Below, one piece after another: positions 38,141-47,649 of a DNA stretch of 64,000 nt (the first letter of the stretch is position 1; each line of letters starts with the position of its first letter). Below the pieces are notes generated by a model. That model was not told the origin of the DNA and searched no databases. It worked only from the letters and a program-made list of their open reading frames with translations. The position numbers were made by a program, and so were the translations under genes. The DNA is from an uncultured Bacteroidales bacterium (GTDB taxonomy: Bacteria > Bacteroidota > Bacteroidia > Bacteroidales > UBA10428). The stretch lies in the NCBI GenBank assembly GCA_964615995.1, contig CAZTSR010000017.1, positions 4,844-68,843 of the forward strand, written 5' to 3'.

Positions 38141-38821
38141 ATGAAGATATTGTTGGTAGAAGATGATCCAAAGATTGCATCGTTTGTGAAAATCGGCCTT
38201 GAAAGCAATAACTGCATAGTGGATGTTGCATATGACGGCCCTCGTGGAGAAAAATTTGCTACTTCAAAAGCCTACGATATTATAATTTTAGATGTTGTCA
38301 TTCCAGGAATGTCAGGGTTTGAGCTCTGCAAAAAAATTCGAAACTCGGGGATATTGACTCCGATTATTATGCTTACATCGCTGGATTCTATGGATGATAA
38401 ACTTATGGGTTTTAAATGCGGAGCTGATGATTATATCATCAAACCCTTCAGTTTCCGGGAACTGTTAGCTCGTATTCAAGCCTTAAACCGTAGAAATAAA
38501 GATTTATTTGTAAGTCCGGTTATCCGTGTGCTTGACCTTGAAATGGATTCAATGGCACGATCTGTTAAAAGAAATAAAAAAGAAATCAAGCTGACGCCTA
38601 CTGAATACAAAATCCTGGAACTGCTCTTAAACAATAAGGGAAAGGTGTTTGACCGCATTGACATTGCAGAAAAAATCTGGGGCTTTTCATTTAATTCAGG
38701 CACCAATGTAATTGATGTTCATATCAATTCCCTGCGTAAGAAAATAGATAAAGATTTCAAACAAAAGCTGATCCACACGAAAGTTGGATTTGGTTACATG
38801 CTGCAGGAAGAGGAATTATGA
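38141..38821 (+). CDS. OmpR/PhoB-family response regulator (REC + winged helix)
   Basis: MKILLVEDDPKI…IIILDVVIPGMSG… and a C-terminal trans_reg_C-like LTPTEYKILELLL…GFGYML. Confidence 0.93.
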   Translation: MKILLVEDDPKIASFVKIGLESNNCIVDVAYDGPRGEKFATSKAYDIIILDVVIPGMSGFELCKKIRNSGILTPIIMLTSLDSMDDKLMGFKCGADDYIIKPFSFRELLARIQALNRRNKDLFVSPVIRVLDLEMDSMARSVKRNKKEIKLTPTEYKILELLLNNKGKVFDRIDIAEKIWGFSFNSGTNVIDVHINSLRKKIDKDFKQKLIHTKVGFGYMLQEEEL

Positions 38822-38910
38822 ATTATGAATTGACCTCTTCACTTCCTCTCTTCCTTTCTTCCTTTCTTCCTCTCTTCCTCTCTTCCTCTCTTACTCACCT
38901 CTTCACCTCA
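38814..38910. repeat. (aattatg)x2.5 followed by a degenerate CT-rich 'cttcac/ctcttcc' repeat tract
   Basis: The sequence reads aattatgaattatgaatt, then cctcttcacttcctctcttcctttcttcctttcttcctctcttcctctcttcctctcttactcacctcttcacctca. The regulator's TGA stop (38819-38821) lies inside the heptamer repeat. Confidence 0.9.
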
Positions 38911-38998
38911 TTACTGTCTAAAACCGGCACACTAAAATCTTAATCTGTTTTTAATCCAACCTTAATGCAGTCTTAAGGCCTTTCTGAAATATATGCGG

Positions 38999-39006
38999 TA
39001 GTTTTG
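38999..39006 (+). promoter_or_regulatory. Candidate -7 box (TAGTTTTG) for the sigma-factor gene
   Basis: TAnnTTTG match. It overlaps the TTG 'start' of the ORF track, which argues for the ATG at 39040 as the true start. Confidence 0.4.
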
Positions 39007-39039
39007 ATGTACGTTATTAATAACACAATACTAACTGCA

Positions 39040-39543
39040 ATGACTACCCAGGAATTTAACAGCAAGCTCATTATTATGAAGGATCATATGGAGCGATTTG
39101 CGTTATCCTTAACTTACAATAAGGAGGAAGCCAAAGATCTTATGCAGGAAACCTTTTTGAAAGCGCTTATATACAAGGATAAATTCGTTGAATTCACCAA
39201 TCTGAAAGCATGGGTGTTTACCATCATGAAAAATATTTTCATCAATAATTACAGAAAAGCAGTCAGAGTCAACACCATTGTTGATAATACAAGAGATTTG
39301 TTTTTCCTGAATAATACCAGGGAATCCAGACATTCCCTGCCCGATTCTGAATTAGCCTTTAACGAGATCAATCACATAATCAATCACCTGGGAAATGAAT
39401 TCAAAACTCCTTTTCAAATGCATAACGATGGATATAAGTACCAGGAAATCGCCGACAATCTCAATTTAAAAATCGGTACTGTAAAGAGCAGGATTTTTTT
39501 TACACGTAAGAAATTAATAGAATCCCTCGCAGATTATCAGTAA
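39040..39543 (+). CDS. ECF-type sigma-70 family RNA polymerase sigma factor
   Basis: Region 2 (DLMQETFLKALIYKDKF…WVFTIMKNIFINNYRK) and region 4 (YKYQEIADNLNLKIGTVKSRIFFTRKKL). No anti-sigma gene follows. Confidence 0.88.
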   Translation: MTTQEFNSKLIIMKDHMERFALSLTYNKEEAKDLMQETFLKALIYKDKFVEFTNLKAWVFTIMKNIFINNYRKAVRVNTIVDNTRDLFFLNNTRESRHSLPDSELAFNEINHIINHLGNEFKTPFQMHNDGYKYQEIADNLNLKIGTVKSRIFFTRKKLIESLADYQ

Positions 39544-39916
39544 CCCCGCGCTTTCCATCTATTAAAATCGAACCATTGCCTGTTTATTGCCATGTTCCTG
39601 AGGGCTATTCCGGAGAACATATTGAATATATTGAATGAAAGCTTCGGACATATGTAGAACCTGATTCGGGAATGAAATCAGTATGGTGAGCAATTCACTG
39701 CAGGTGATTCATTGCATATCGTAAGAATAAAAAGAAAACAAACGTATTTGTTTTAAATAATTACACAAAAGCATAAAAACTTTTTGCAACGGAAGTGCCT
39801 ACCCATTAAAGGATAGCATTGCATATATGATTTACCGGGGCATTTCTGTCCTGCTCATTGTTGAAAAGGAATAAGTGTTATTGTTCATAACTTATGGGGC
39901 ATTGCGAATTTATTCA

Positions 39917-39924
39917 TATATTTG
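39917..39924 (+). promoter_or_regulatory. Candidate -7 box (TATATTTG) for the Cys-rich kinase gene
   Basis: A perfect TAnnTTTG 25 nt upstream of the ATG at 39949. It overlaps the TTG start listed in the ORF track. Confidence 0.45.
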
Positions 39925-39948
39925 TATCCGAATATCCACTTTTCATTC

Positions 39949-41091
39949 ATGAGTACTTTAGATACCTCGCAGAACAAATTCACAATAAGCCAAGATTCTT
40001 TAACTTCTCCAATGGCTGATGATTTTGGCGCCCTGGAACATGCTCATATAGTTCAGGGAATTCTCGACAGCAGTCCCTTTATAAGTGCAGTTATCAACAA
40101 TCAGCAACAAATCGTTCTTTCTAACAACAAGCTCTCTCATTTTGCAGCCTCTGCTGCCATTGAGCAGATTATTGGCAACAGACCCGGCAAAGTTCTGTCG
40201 TGCAACAATCATGAAACTTATTCAGAGTGTGGAAAAGGAGAAAAGTGCAAATACTGTGGAATATTAAATACAATCAAAAAGTCTCAGCAAACCAATAAAC
40301 CAGCTTCTGATGAGTGCAGGGTGACGCTATATAAAAATAAAAAGCTTGAATACTACGATTATAAGATCACCTGTAGCCCGCTTAATGTCAACAATCATAC
40401 TTTCACACTCCTGGTTCTTGAAGACATCAGCCATGAGAAAAGAAAAGCCGTTCTTGAAAATGTCTTTTTTCATGATGTACTGAACCGGCTCGGTGGATTA
40501 AACGGCATTATCAGATTCATAAAAACCGGCAACAAACAGCCAGAGCTCAATGAATACATCAACATACTTGAGACCCTTGGAGATATTGTTGTAGAAGATA
40601 TACAGAATCAGCAGTACCTTAAATCCGCTGAAGCTGATAACCTGCTCCTGAATATCAGGGAACATGATGCCCGTGAAATCATCGAATCGGTGAGACGTCA
40701 GATCATGTTTCATCCCGTAGCCAGTAAATTAAACATTGAAGTGCGTTTTGAATCGGGGGATTTCAGGTTAAAAACCGATGGTACACTTTTGAAACGAATT
40801 CTGCTAAATATGGCTAAAAATGCTGCTGAAGCATCATCTGAACAGAGTACAATTATAATAGCAGCAAATTATTCAGGCAATCGTTGCATCTTCACTGTAA
40901 ATAATCAGGGCGTTATACCGGAAGAGGTCCGGCATCAAATCTTTCAGCGTTCATTTAGTACCAAAGGCCATGGACGGGGTCTTGGAACGTACAGCATGAA
41001 ACTATTCGGCGAAAACTACCTGAAGGGTAAAGTGAGCTTTACATCTGAGCATGAAAGCGGAACAACCTTTATGATTGAGATTCCGTTTTAA
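39949..41091 (+). CDS. Soluble sensor histidine kinase with a Cys-rich N-terminal sensory domain
   Basis: No TM segments. Cys motif C-x8-C-x5-C-x2-C (SCNNHETYSECGKGEKCKYCG) plus further Cys residues. H-box FFHDVLNRLGG, N-box LLNMAKNAAEAS and G-box GHGRGLGTYSMKL. Confidence 0.85.
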   Translation: MSTLDTSQNKFTISQDSLTSPMADDFGALEHAHIVQGILDSSPFISAVINNQQQIVLSNNKLSHFAASAAIEQIIGNRPGKVLSCNNHETYSECGKGEKCKYCGILNTIKKSQQTNKPASDECRVTLYKNKKLEYYDYKITCSPLNVNNHTFTLLVLEDISHEKRKAVLENVFFHDVLNRLGGLNGIIRFIKTGNKQPELNEYINILETLGDIVVEDIQNQQYLKSAEADNLLLNIREHDAREIIESVRRQIMFHPVASKLNIEVRFESGDFRLKTDGTLLKRILLNMAKNAAEASSEQSTIIIAANYSGNRCIFTVNNQGVIPEEVRHQIFQRSFSTKGHGRGLGTYSMKLFGENYLKGKVSFTSEHESGTTFMIEIPF

Positions 41092-41155
41092 TCGGAATTT
41101 AATCCGACCTGAACTTTTTTATGTTTATTTTGTTTTTTAAACAAATTGAGCCTGC

Positions 41156-41509
41156 ATGTTTTTTCTCGGAAGCTTCAATTCTGCATTACCCTATATAGTT
41201 TACCTGTCGGTGATATGGGCGTTCATGCTTATCGGGTTAGGCGGAAGTGTTCATTTCTTTCGAAATACAGACCAGGTTCATCAGGAACATCACATCTCAA
41301 TATATCAGCCCTATAGCGGAAACCATCACGCTAATTTTGCTTCTTCACGAAATATCACAAACAACGGACCTGCTTTTTTTTCATTGAACGATTATCCTTG
41401 TTCTCAAGTAATTGTCCGCAAGATCATTTATCCTGAATTTCAACCCGGATCTGTTGGGGGATATTCAAACCTTACCGCACTCAGAGGACCACCTGTTCAG
41501 TTTTGCTAA
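41156..41509 (+). CDS. Hypothetical protein (one predicted TM segment, His-rich). The coding status is uncertain.
   Basis: 117-aa ORF in the ~500-bp gap upstream of the HmuY-like operon, with a hydrophobic N-terminus. No recognisable family. Confidence 0.3.
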   Translation: MFFLGSFNSALPYIVYLSVIWAFMLIGLGGSVHFFRNTDQVHQEHHISIYQPYSGNHHANFASSRNITNNGPAFFSLNDYPCSQVIVRKIIYPEFQPGSVGGYSNLTALRGPPVQFC

Positions 41510-41600
41510 GCAATTCTTTTTTCTCTTATTGCTGCAATTGCCGGCAGTAATTTATTATGAATTCAAAATCATATTGTTGAACGATTAACCTTGTATCGTA

Positions 41601-42596
41601 ATGAAACTATTTTCTCCAATTATATTAATAGCGGTATTGTTTGTTGCCTGTGAAAAAAACAATGATTCTGATCCGCAATTTAAAACAGAAACCATATCAA
41701 TGGGAACCAATAGTTCCAATGATATTTACTACAGTCTCGAAACAGGTGTTATCGGCTCAGAAGCCAGAAACCAATGGGATATTGCCTTTTCCACACCTTT
41801 ACAATCAGCAACCGTTTTAATCAATGAAGGTGCCGGAGTGGAATTATATGCCATTGAAGACACCAGCCATTGGGCTGAGGTTCCAACATATACAACACTT
41901 AATCAGAGATTTAATGACGAGTCTGACTGGAATTCAGGAGCATTTAATCAGTTTAATACCGGATTTCCCAATTACGGCTGGGGAACATACCATGCAGGTA
42001 TTCCTAATCATGATGTCGGGGGTGATTCCATTTATGTAATCAAACTTACTGATGGAACATACAAAAAATTCATGATCCGTGTAAAATTGGGTGTGGGGTC
42101 TGAAAACATCATAAGATGGGCAGATATTGACGGAACAAATGAACATATTGCAAGAATTTCCACAACACCCTATAGCAATAAAAACCTCATTCACTTTTCC
42201 ATCGTCGACAATGCCATTCGTGAAATCGAACCTGACAACTGGGACCTTTTGTTTACCCGTTACCAGACAAAAATTCCTGCCGGACCCGGCACCTTTATGC
42301 AATATCCTGTAACAGGAGTACTGACGCGTTCAGGAATTGAAACTGCAAAAGTAACCGGAATACATCCTGATGAAGCCACCGATGCCTCAAGCGCCGAAGG
42401 GTATGAATCACGGGCAGATGCGATCGGAAGCGACTGGAAAGAGCGCGACCCCAATAACCATGCTAATATGTATATCGTTGACAGTGTCAGTTATTTTATT
42501 CAAAAAGAAGATGGCTCTGTCTACCAGATGTATTTTACAGGATATTCCAGTCTGTCTGAAGGCTCTCTTGAATTAAAAATGAAAAAAGTCGAATAA
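41601..42596 (+). CDS. HmuY-like lipoprotein
   Basis: Lipobox LFVACEK. It has WDIAF and WDLLFTRY motifs and a C-terminal …VYQMYFTGYS…LELKMKKVE, which parallel P. gingivalis HmuY (LNWDMALHRYD, KVQFTDYQ) as I recall it. Confidence 0.6.
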   Translation: MKLFSPIILIAVLFVACEKNNDSDPQFKTETISMGTNSSNDIYYSLETGVIGSEARNQWDIAFSTPLQSATVLINEGAGVELYAIEDTSHWAEVPTYTTLNQRFNDESDWNSGAFNQFNTGFPNYGWGTYHAGIPNHDVGGDSIYVIKLTDGTYKKFMIRVKLGVGSENIIRWADIDGTNEHIARISTTPYSNKNLIHFSIVDNAIREIEPDNWDLLFTRYQTKIPAGPGTFMQYPVTGVLTRSGIETAKVTGIHPDEATDASSAEGYESRADAIGSDWKERDPNNHANMYIVDSVSYFIQKEDGSVYQMYFTGYSSLSEGSLELKMKKVE

Positions 42597-42613
42597 ACCA
42601 CCCATCTATAGAA

Positions 42614-44656
42614 ATGTTTTCAGGTAAACAAATGCGTTTTGCTACTTTCATTTTTTGCATCTTCATCAGCCTGGATTTTAATGGTCAAACCGAATTGCGT
42701 AAATCTGGTGATACCATTCAAGCTTCGCGGGCCGATACGATTCATGCAGTTGTAGTTACCGGTCAGTTCCGGGCCCAGCCGGCGGATCAATCTATCTATG
42801 AAATTAAGGTTATTGATAACCGGGATATCCGGCTCAAAGCAGCACAAAATCTGGGAGAACTGCTGCGAACTGAGCCGGGGTTTCAAATGCGTTCAGGAGG
42901 AATTCTTGGGGATTTCATGCGCATCAGAGGGATGACAGGCGAACATGTCAAAATTCTTATAGACGGAGTACCAGTAACAGGGCGTATCTGGGATCGTCTT
43001 GATCTCAGTCAGCTTCCCATGTTGAATGTAGCGCAGATTGAAATTATTGAAGGCCCCATGTCGGTTGTTTATGGAAGTAATGCTTTGGCAGGGGCCATTA
43101 ATATCATTACCGATACCAGGGCTGAGGATCCATTTAAGATAAGATTCAGCGGATATTCCGAACCTGGTTTTACCTATAATTTCGACTTGTTTGCGTCAAC
43201 CCATTTCAGAAACAATTCCTTTCGCATTCATGGCGGCAGGAACTTTTTTTCGGGCTGGGGTCCGGATGAGCAGTCTCGTTTTAAGACCTGGAAACCCAAA
43301 CTTCAAAATATTTCAGGAGGAAGTTATCAGTATGCAACACCTAAACTGGTCATTACATTTAATACAGACTTTTTGCATGAAGAACTTCGGGATAAAGGTG
43401 CGCTTACCCTGGAAAATCTTTATGAAAAAGCCATAGACGCTTATCACTTCACAGACCGATGGAATAACCGGCTTAGCCTAAATCGCAAATATGCCTCCTT
43501 TAACCTGGATTTTCAGGCAGGATACTCCTTTTATCAGAAAAGAAAAATCAGCTATCTGAACGATCTGGTTTTGCTGAAAAAAACCATTTCAGACAATAAG
43601 GAACTTCATGATACTACTACCTTTCATATGATATCTGCCCGTACTTATATTTCCCGAAACGAAAATGATCACATTGAATATCAGGCGGGCCTTGATGTAA
43701 ATGATGAAATTGCAAAAGGTAAAAGAACAGGTGGTACACGCCAGATGTTTGACGGCGCAGCTTTTTTGAATATCATTTACAAACCTGTTCCCATCATCAG
43801 CATACAGCCTGGTCTGCGTGTTATGTACAATTCTGATTTTGAAACTCCACTGATTTATGCACTTACCATAAAAGCTGAGCCTGGTAATTTCACGATAAAG
43901 ACTTCTTATGCAAAAGGTTTCAGGGCACCTTCACTGAAGCAGCTGTATCTGAAGTTTATTGACACCAATCATGAAATCTATGGCAATGAGAATCTGAAAC
44001 CTGAAACAGCTCACAACTTTAGTTTTCTGGTAAATTACAGAAAAGTATCTGATCAGATTGCATTTGGAGCAAAAGCCGGCATTTATTACAACCAGATTGA
44101 CAATGCCATTCAGCTGGCCATCAGCAGGGAGCGAAGCGGATTTGGAAAATACTTTAACCTTGAAGGGATTCGTTATGTCACACAGGGCGGTGATATCAGC
44201 GGTCACCTGCAATGGTCAAATGGACTTATCCTGGATGCCGGGCTTGCAGCTACCGGACGGCTTCAAATGGATGATCCGGACAAGTATGCATGGTCGGTTG
44301 ACTATACAGCTTCTGCCAAGTGGCTTTTCAAACGGAACAGAGTGCAATCTGCTTTGTTTTACAAGTATTCCGATGAAATCCTTGAATTTACCGGCAATTA
44401 TGATGCGGATGGAACACTAAACGGAATAGCCCAGCAATATATTGGCGGGTATCATACCATGGATTTCACGCTGAGCAGGGTTTTCTTTAAAAAGCAATGC
44501 AATGTTTGCCTGGGATTGAAAAACATCTTTAATGTAAAAGAGGTTAATGCCCTCGGAAGCCTTGATCCCCATGGCGGATCAGGGGAGTCATTAACACTTG
44601 GATATGGACGCATCTTTTTTATTCAACTGAATTATACCTTCACAAAAGGCTCATGA
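42614..44656 (+). CDS. TonB-dependent outer-membrane receptor
   Basis: 680 aa. Signal peptide, then a plug domain (VVVTGQ…IEIIEGPMSVVYGSNALAGAINIIT), then a beta-barrel. Confidence 0.92.
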   Translation: MFSGKQMRFATFIFCIFISLDFNGQTELRKSGDTIQASRADTIHAVVVTGQFRAQPADQSIYEIKVIDNRDIRLKAAQNLGELLRTEPGFQMRSGGILGDFMRIRGMTGEHVKILIDGVPVTGRIWDRLDLSQLPMLNVAQIEIIEGPMSVVYGSNALAGAINIITDTRAEDPFKIRFSGYSEPGFTYNFDLFASTHFRNNSFRIHGGRNFFSGWGPDEQSRFKTWKPKLQNISGGSYQYATPKLVITFNTDFLHEELRDKGALTLENLYEKAIDAYHFTDRWNNRLSLNRKYASFNLDFQAGYSFYQKRKISYLNDLVLLKKTISDNKELHDTTTFHMISARTYISRNENDHIEYQAGLDVNDEIAKGKRTGGTRQMFDGAAFLNIIYKPVPIISIQPGLRVMYNSDFETPLIYALTIKAEPGNFTIKTSYAKGFRAPSLKQLYLKFIDTNHEIYGNENLKPETAHNFSFLVNYRKVSDQIAFGAKAGIYYNQIDNAIQLAISRERSGFGKYFNLEGIRYVTQGGDISGHLQWSNGLILDAGLAATGRLQMDDPDKYAWSVDYTASAKWLFKRNRVQSALFYKYSDEILEFTGNYDADGTLNGIAQQYIGGYHTMDFTLSRVFFKKQCNVCLGLKNIFNVKEVNALGSLDPHGGSGESLTLGYGRIFFIQLNYTFTKGS

Positions 44657-45654
44657 AACCGATATATCATATTGTTATTGCAATCTCTGCCATTCTGGTA
44701 TTATTATCGTCCTGCTTTGAAGAAGACAGCAGGGTACCTGAATATCCTTATACGGTTCATACCATTTCAGATTCTGTTCAGGTGAACAGGAGTTACTTTG
44801 ATTTTGAATCGGCAAGCATTTTAGCGGTTCATAAGAATGATATCTGGCAGCTTGCATTTGAATGTGGTGTGGATGGACACCGCATATTAACCAATTCTGA
44901 AGCATACTGGCTGATATACAATACCCATCAGAAGACACCAGAGCCTTCCGTTCAAATGCCTTATATCAATGCATCCATGTATGATATTCCGGGTCTGTGG
45001 CCTGATTCAACTGCAGTTGGAACATGGTTCAACACCAGTAATTCTGTTCGCACTTATACAAAGAATGTATACTTACTGGGGAAAATGGCATCCCCTTCCT
45101 TTCAGGAAGTTAAAGAGATCGTTTTTCTTGAATTAACGGATACTTCCTATACTTTTAGTTATCATGACCGCAGTACGGACACTTATGATACCGTTCTTAT
45201 ACCTAAAAACAACGAAGTGAATTTCGTTTATTATTCCTTTAGCACCCACACGTCATTTACCCCTGAGCCGCCCAAAACAGAGTACGATGTAATTTTCACC
45301 TCGTATTATGATATGGCCACCCTTTTTGGTATCACACAACCTTATCATGTAGGCGGGGGCTTTATCAATATTTACGCAACAGAAGCTGCATTGGACAGCA
45401 TTACTCCTTATGAGGCCATTGATTTAAATAAAGCGCTGGATACTGAGTTTAGCAGAAAAAGGGATATTCCGGGTTATAAATGGAAGGATGTCAATGTAGA
45501 CATCAGTTCTGTAAATGCCACATATAAAGTAAAACCTCATTACACGTATCTGTTCAAAACCCAGGAAGGGAACTATTTTAAACTCCGCTTCCTGAGCTAT
45601 TCACTTGAGGGAAAATCAGGTTTTCCTCAGTTTGAATTTGTCCGGCTCGAGTAA
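44653..45654 (+). CDS. HmuY-like lipoprotein (second paralog)
   Basis: ATGA overlap with the receptor stop. Lipobox LLSSCFE. Motifs WQLAFECG, YDVIFTSYYD and a C-terminal …YFKLRFLSYS…FEFVRLE. Confidence 0.55.
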   Translation: MKPIYHIVIAISAILVLLSSCFEEDSRVPEYPYTVHTISDSVQVNRSYFDFESASILAVHKNDIWQLAFECGVDGHRILTNSEAYWLIYNTHQKTPEPSVQMPYINASMYDIPGLWPDSTAVGTWFNTSNSVRTYTKNVYLLGKMASPSFQEVKEIVFLELTDTSYTFSYHDRSTDTYDTVLIPKNNEVNFVYYSFSTHTSFTPEPPKTEYDVIFTSYYDMATLFGITQPYHVGGGFINIYATEAALDSITPYEAIDLNKALDTEFSRKRDIPGYKWKDVNVDISSVNATYKVKPHYTYLFKTQEGNYFKLRFLSYSLEGKSGFPQFEFVRLE

Positions 45655-46697
45655 TTGAAAGCACTTTCCATCATCAGGAAAAAAGCCTGGGCCTCGACGG
45701 AAGTTCCGGGCTTGTCGAAATGCGGCGAGCCACAAGCGTCCTGAACAATTCCGTTTGAGTCCATTTTCTGTAAAGCTGCTTTTCGCATCCTATCAGCAGC
45801 TTCGCGATATATTGGATCAAGCCATCCGGAAGCTATACCGGTATAAATTCCGTATGCCAGCATTTGTGAAAGGTTTGTTTCCACAAACGTATCCGGTTGA
45901 TCCATCACATCATGAAATAATCCGTCATCACGCATGTATTTCAGGCATCCATCCAGCAATTCTTTTCCATAAATAACGAGTTCTGCCTTTAAGTCATTTC
46001 TTTCAGCCGGCAGCATATTGATCACTTTTGCAATTCCGGCGACCGTCCATCCGTTACCTCCTCCCCAGAATGCTTCTCGTTCATATTGTTTCTTATCCTC
46101 ATCCCACATATGATGAAGCAGTTTTGTCTGTGCATCAAACAGGTACTTTTTAAAACCCATGATTTGTTTAAAGGCTTCTTCATAATCACCCATTAATGCA
46201 AGAAAGGGAGGAGCCATAAAAGAAGAATCACTCCAAATCTGATTCCGGTCGTTTAAGTGATAAAGTATACCTTCAGAGGTTTTGGGCGCTGTCTTTTTCA
46301 GGTAGTTGTACATTTTATCGGCCGCTTCTTTGTATCGCAAATCGCCGGTTGTTTTTGATGCCAGAATTACAGCTTCGCCGTTGGAAGCAGGATCAGTGAT
46401 ACCCGGATCATTTCCGACAATGCCCAGCCGGCCGTCAGGAGTTTGCCTGACAATTGCATCCCTGGCAAACAGCACAGCCAGATCATCTCTTTTTGCTGCA
46501 ATTAATGCCTGCGAAGCAGTGCCTTGCTCCCATGCCATCCTTTGCATACAAAGCATTGCTTGAAGCGCTTTTTCAACAAGAGCATCACTATTTGAAGCAT
46601 CTGCATCTTTAGCAATACCAGCTTTGCATCCCACCATTCCGGTAAGGACCAAAGGCATGGAAAACGATGCTGCACTAATAAAACTTCGTCTTTTCAT
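45627..46697 (-). CDS. Glycoside hydrolase family 88/105-like (unsaturated glucuronyl/rhamnogalacturonyl hydrolase fold)
   Basis: 356 aa with a Tat-like/lipoprotein leader, MKRRSFISAASFSMPLVLTGMVGCKAG. The body resembles YteR/UGL-type (alpha/alpha)6 hydrolases (…WGGGNGW…). The 3' end overlaps the convergent gene by 28 nt. Confidence 0.65.
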   Translation of the reverse strand: MKRRSFISAASFSMPLVLTGMVGCKAGIAKDADASNSDALVEKALQAMLCMQRMAWEQGTASQALIAAKRDDLAVLFARDAIVRQTPDGRLGIVGNDPGITDPASNGEAVILASKTTGDLRYKEAADKMYNYLKKTAPKTSEGILYHLNDRNQIWSDSSFMAPPFLALMGDYEEAFKQIMGFKKYLFDAQTKLLHHMWDEDKKQYEREAFWGGGNGWTVAGIAKVINMLPAERNDLKAELVIYGKELLDGCLKYMRDDGLFHDVMDQPDTFVETNLSQMLAYGIYTGIASGWLDPIYREAADRMRKAALQKMDSNGIVQDACGSPHFDKPGTSVEAQAFFLMMESAFNYSSRTNSN

Positions 46698-46698
46698 G

Positions 46699-47649
46699 TT
46701 ATTCAGATTTTTGACAATGACATGGAACGCGTTCTATATAGATCTGTTGTAGGTTCATGGCAACCAATCGTTCCGTTCGGGCAACTATACAATCGGGACA
46801 ATCCGAAAACAGTTTCAAATCCCAAGTGTCTGCAAAAACGCGGCCTTGCTGCTTTGAAATTCCATATTCCAGAACAGTTTCAAGAGCATTTAGGGATGGC
46901 GGCGTAAAGAGACCCTGCTTAAGAAGAAGATCCATGGCTCCGTTTCCAGGGCGAACCGGGATTACCACACAACATTCGATTCCCGTGTCGAACGCGTAAT
47001 CAATCGACTTCTGAGCCCAGTAAATCCCTTCCTCTTCATTTAAAAATGGAGGTCGTACCAATATGAAAGCACGTGTCCGAATCTGGTGCCGGCTTAAAAA
47101 TTGAACGGCATTTTGAAATTGTTCCAGAGTCATCCGCTTATTCAGTTGTTTCAGCACTTCGGGATGAACAGTTTCCAAACCCAGCGCAACCTGCAATTGA
47201 GGAGATAGCATATCACGAAAATCCATACACGATTGATTTATAAACCGTGGATGACTTTCAACAACCACCGTTTTAAAATCCTTCAATAAAGCGGCTATAT
47301 CAGGATAATCTTCGGGCGGTATGGCCTGATGATCGAAAAAGCTGCCGCTATTATAAAGCTTGATATGCGAAATGCCGGGCATCTGCTTCAACGCAAAAGC
47401 AATCTGAGCGGGAACAGAACCAACAAGCACTTTGGACTGCGTGGTGTTCTTCCATAAGTCGCACATCAGACAACGAAAAGGACATTCCCGATTTGTCAGA
47501 AAAATAATTCCGGTATCCTCAATCGTACCCGAATGAGTCCTTTCTTTTTCGACCAACCACCCGTAAGGCTTTCCCGGATCCACCGGATTCCTGGCTCCCC
47601 GTTTGGAAATCACCCAGGAATCAGATATATCGGGTCGGAGATTATTCAT
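46699..47649 (-). CDS. Radical SAM enzyme of unknown function
   Basis: 316 aa with a CxxxCxxC motif (RECPFRCLMCDLW). KLYNSGSFFD resembles the Elp3/RaSEA-type TIM-barrel radical SAM group. A C-terminal CPDC…CHC motif may bind an auxiliary metal. Confidence 0.8.
   Translation of the reverse strand: MNNLRPDISDSWVISKRGARNPVDPGKPYGWLVEKERTHSGTIEDTGIIFLTNRECPFRCLMCDLWKNTTQSKVLVGSVPAQIAFALKQMPGISHIKLYNSGSFFDHQAIPPEDYPDIAALLKDFKTVVVESHPRFINQSCMDFRDMLSPQLQVALGLETVHPEVLKQLNKRMTLEQFQNAVQFLSRHQIRTRAFILVRPPFLNEEEGIYWAQKSIDYAFDTGIECCVVIPVRPGNGAMDLLLKQGLFTPPSLNALETVLEYGISKQQGRVFADTWDLKLFSDCPDCIVARTERLVAMNLQQIYIERVPCHCQKSE

Noticed and set aside
41092-41600. Cobalamin or other riboswitch upstream of the HmuY-like/TonB receptor operon
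   Set aside because: I could not find a B12-box-like core (GCCACTG-type) or a convincing multi-stem structure. The gap is partly occupied by a possible small ORF.
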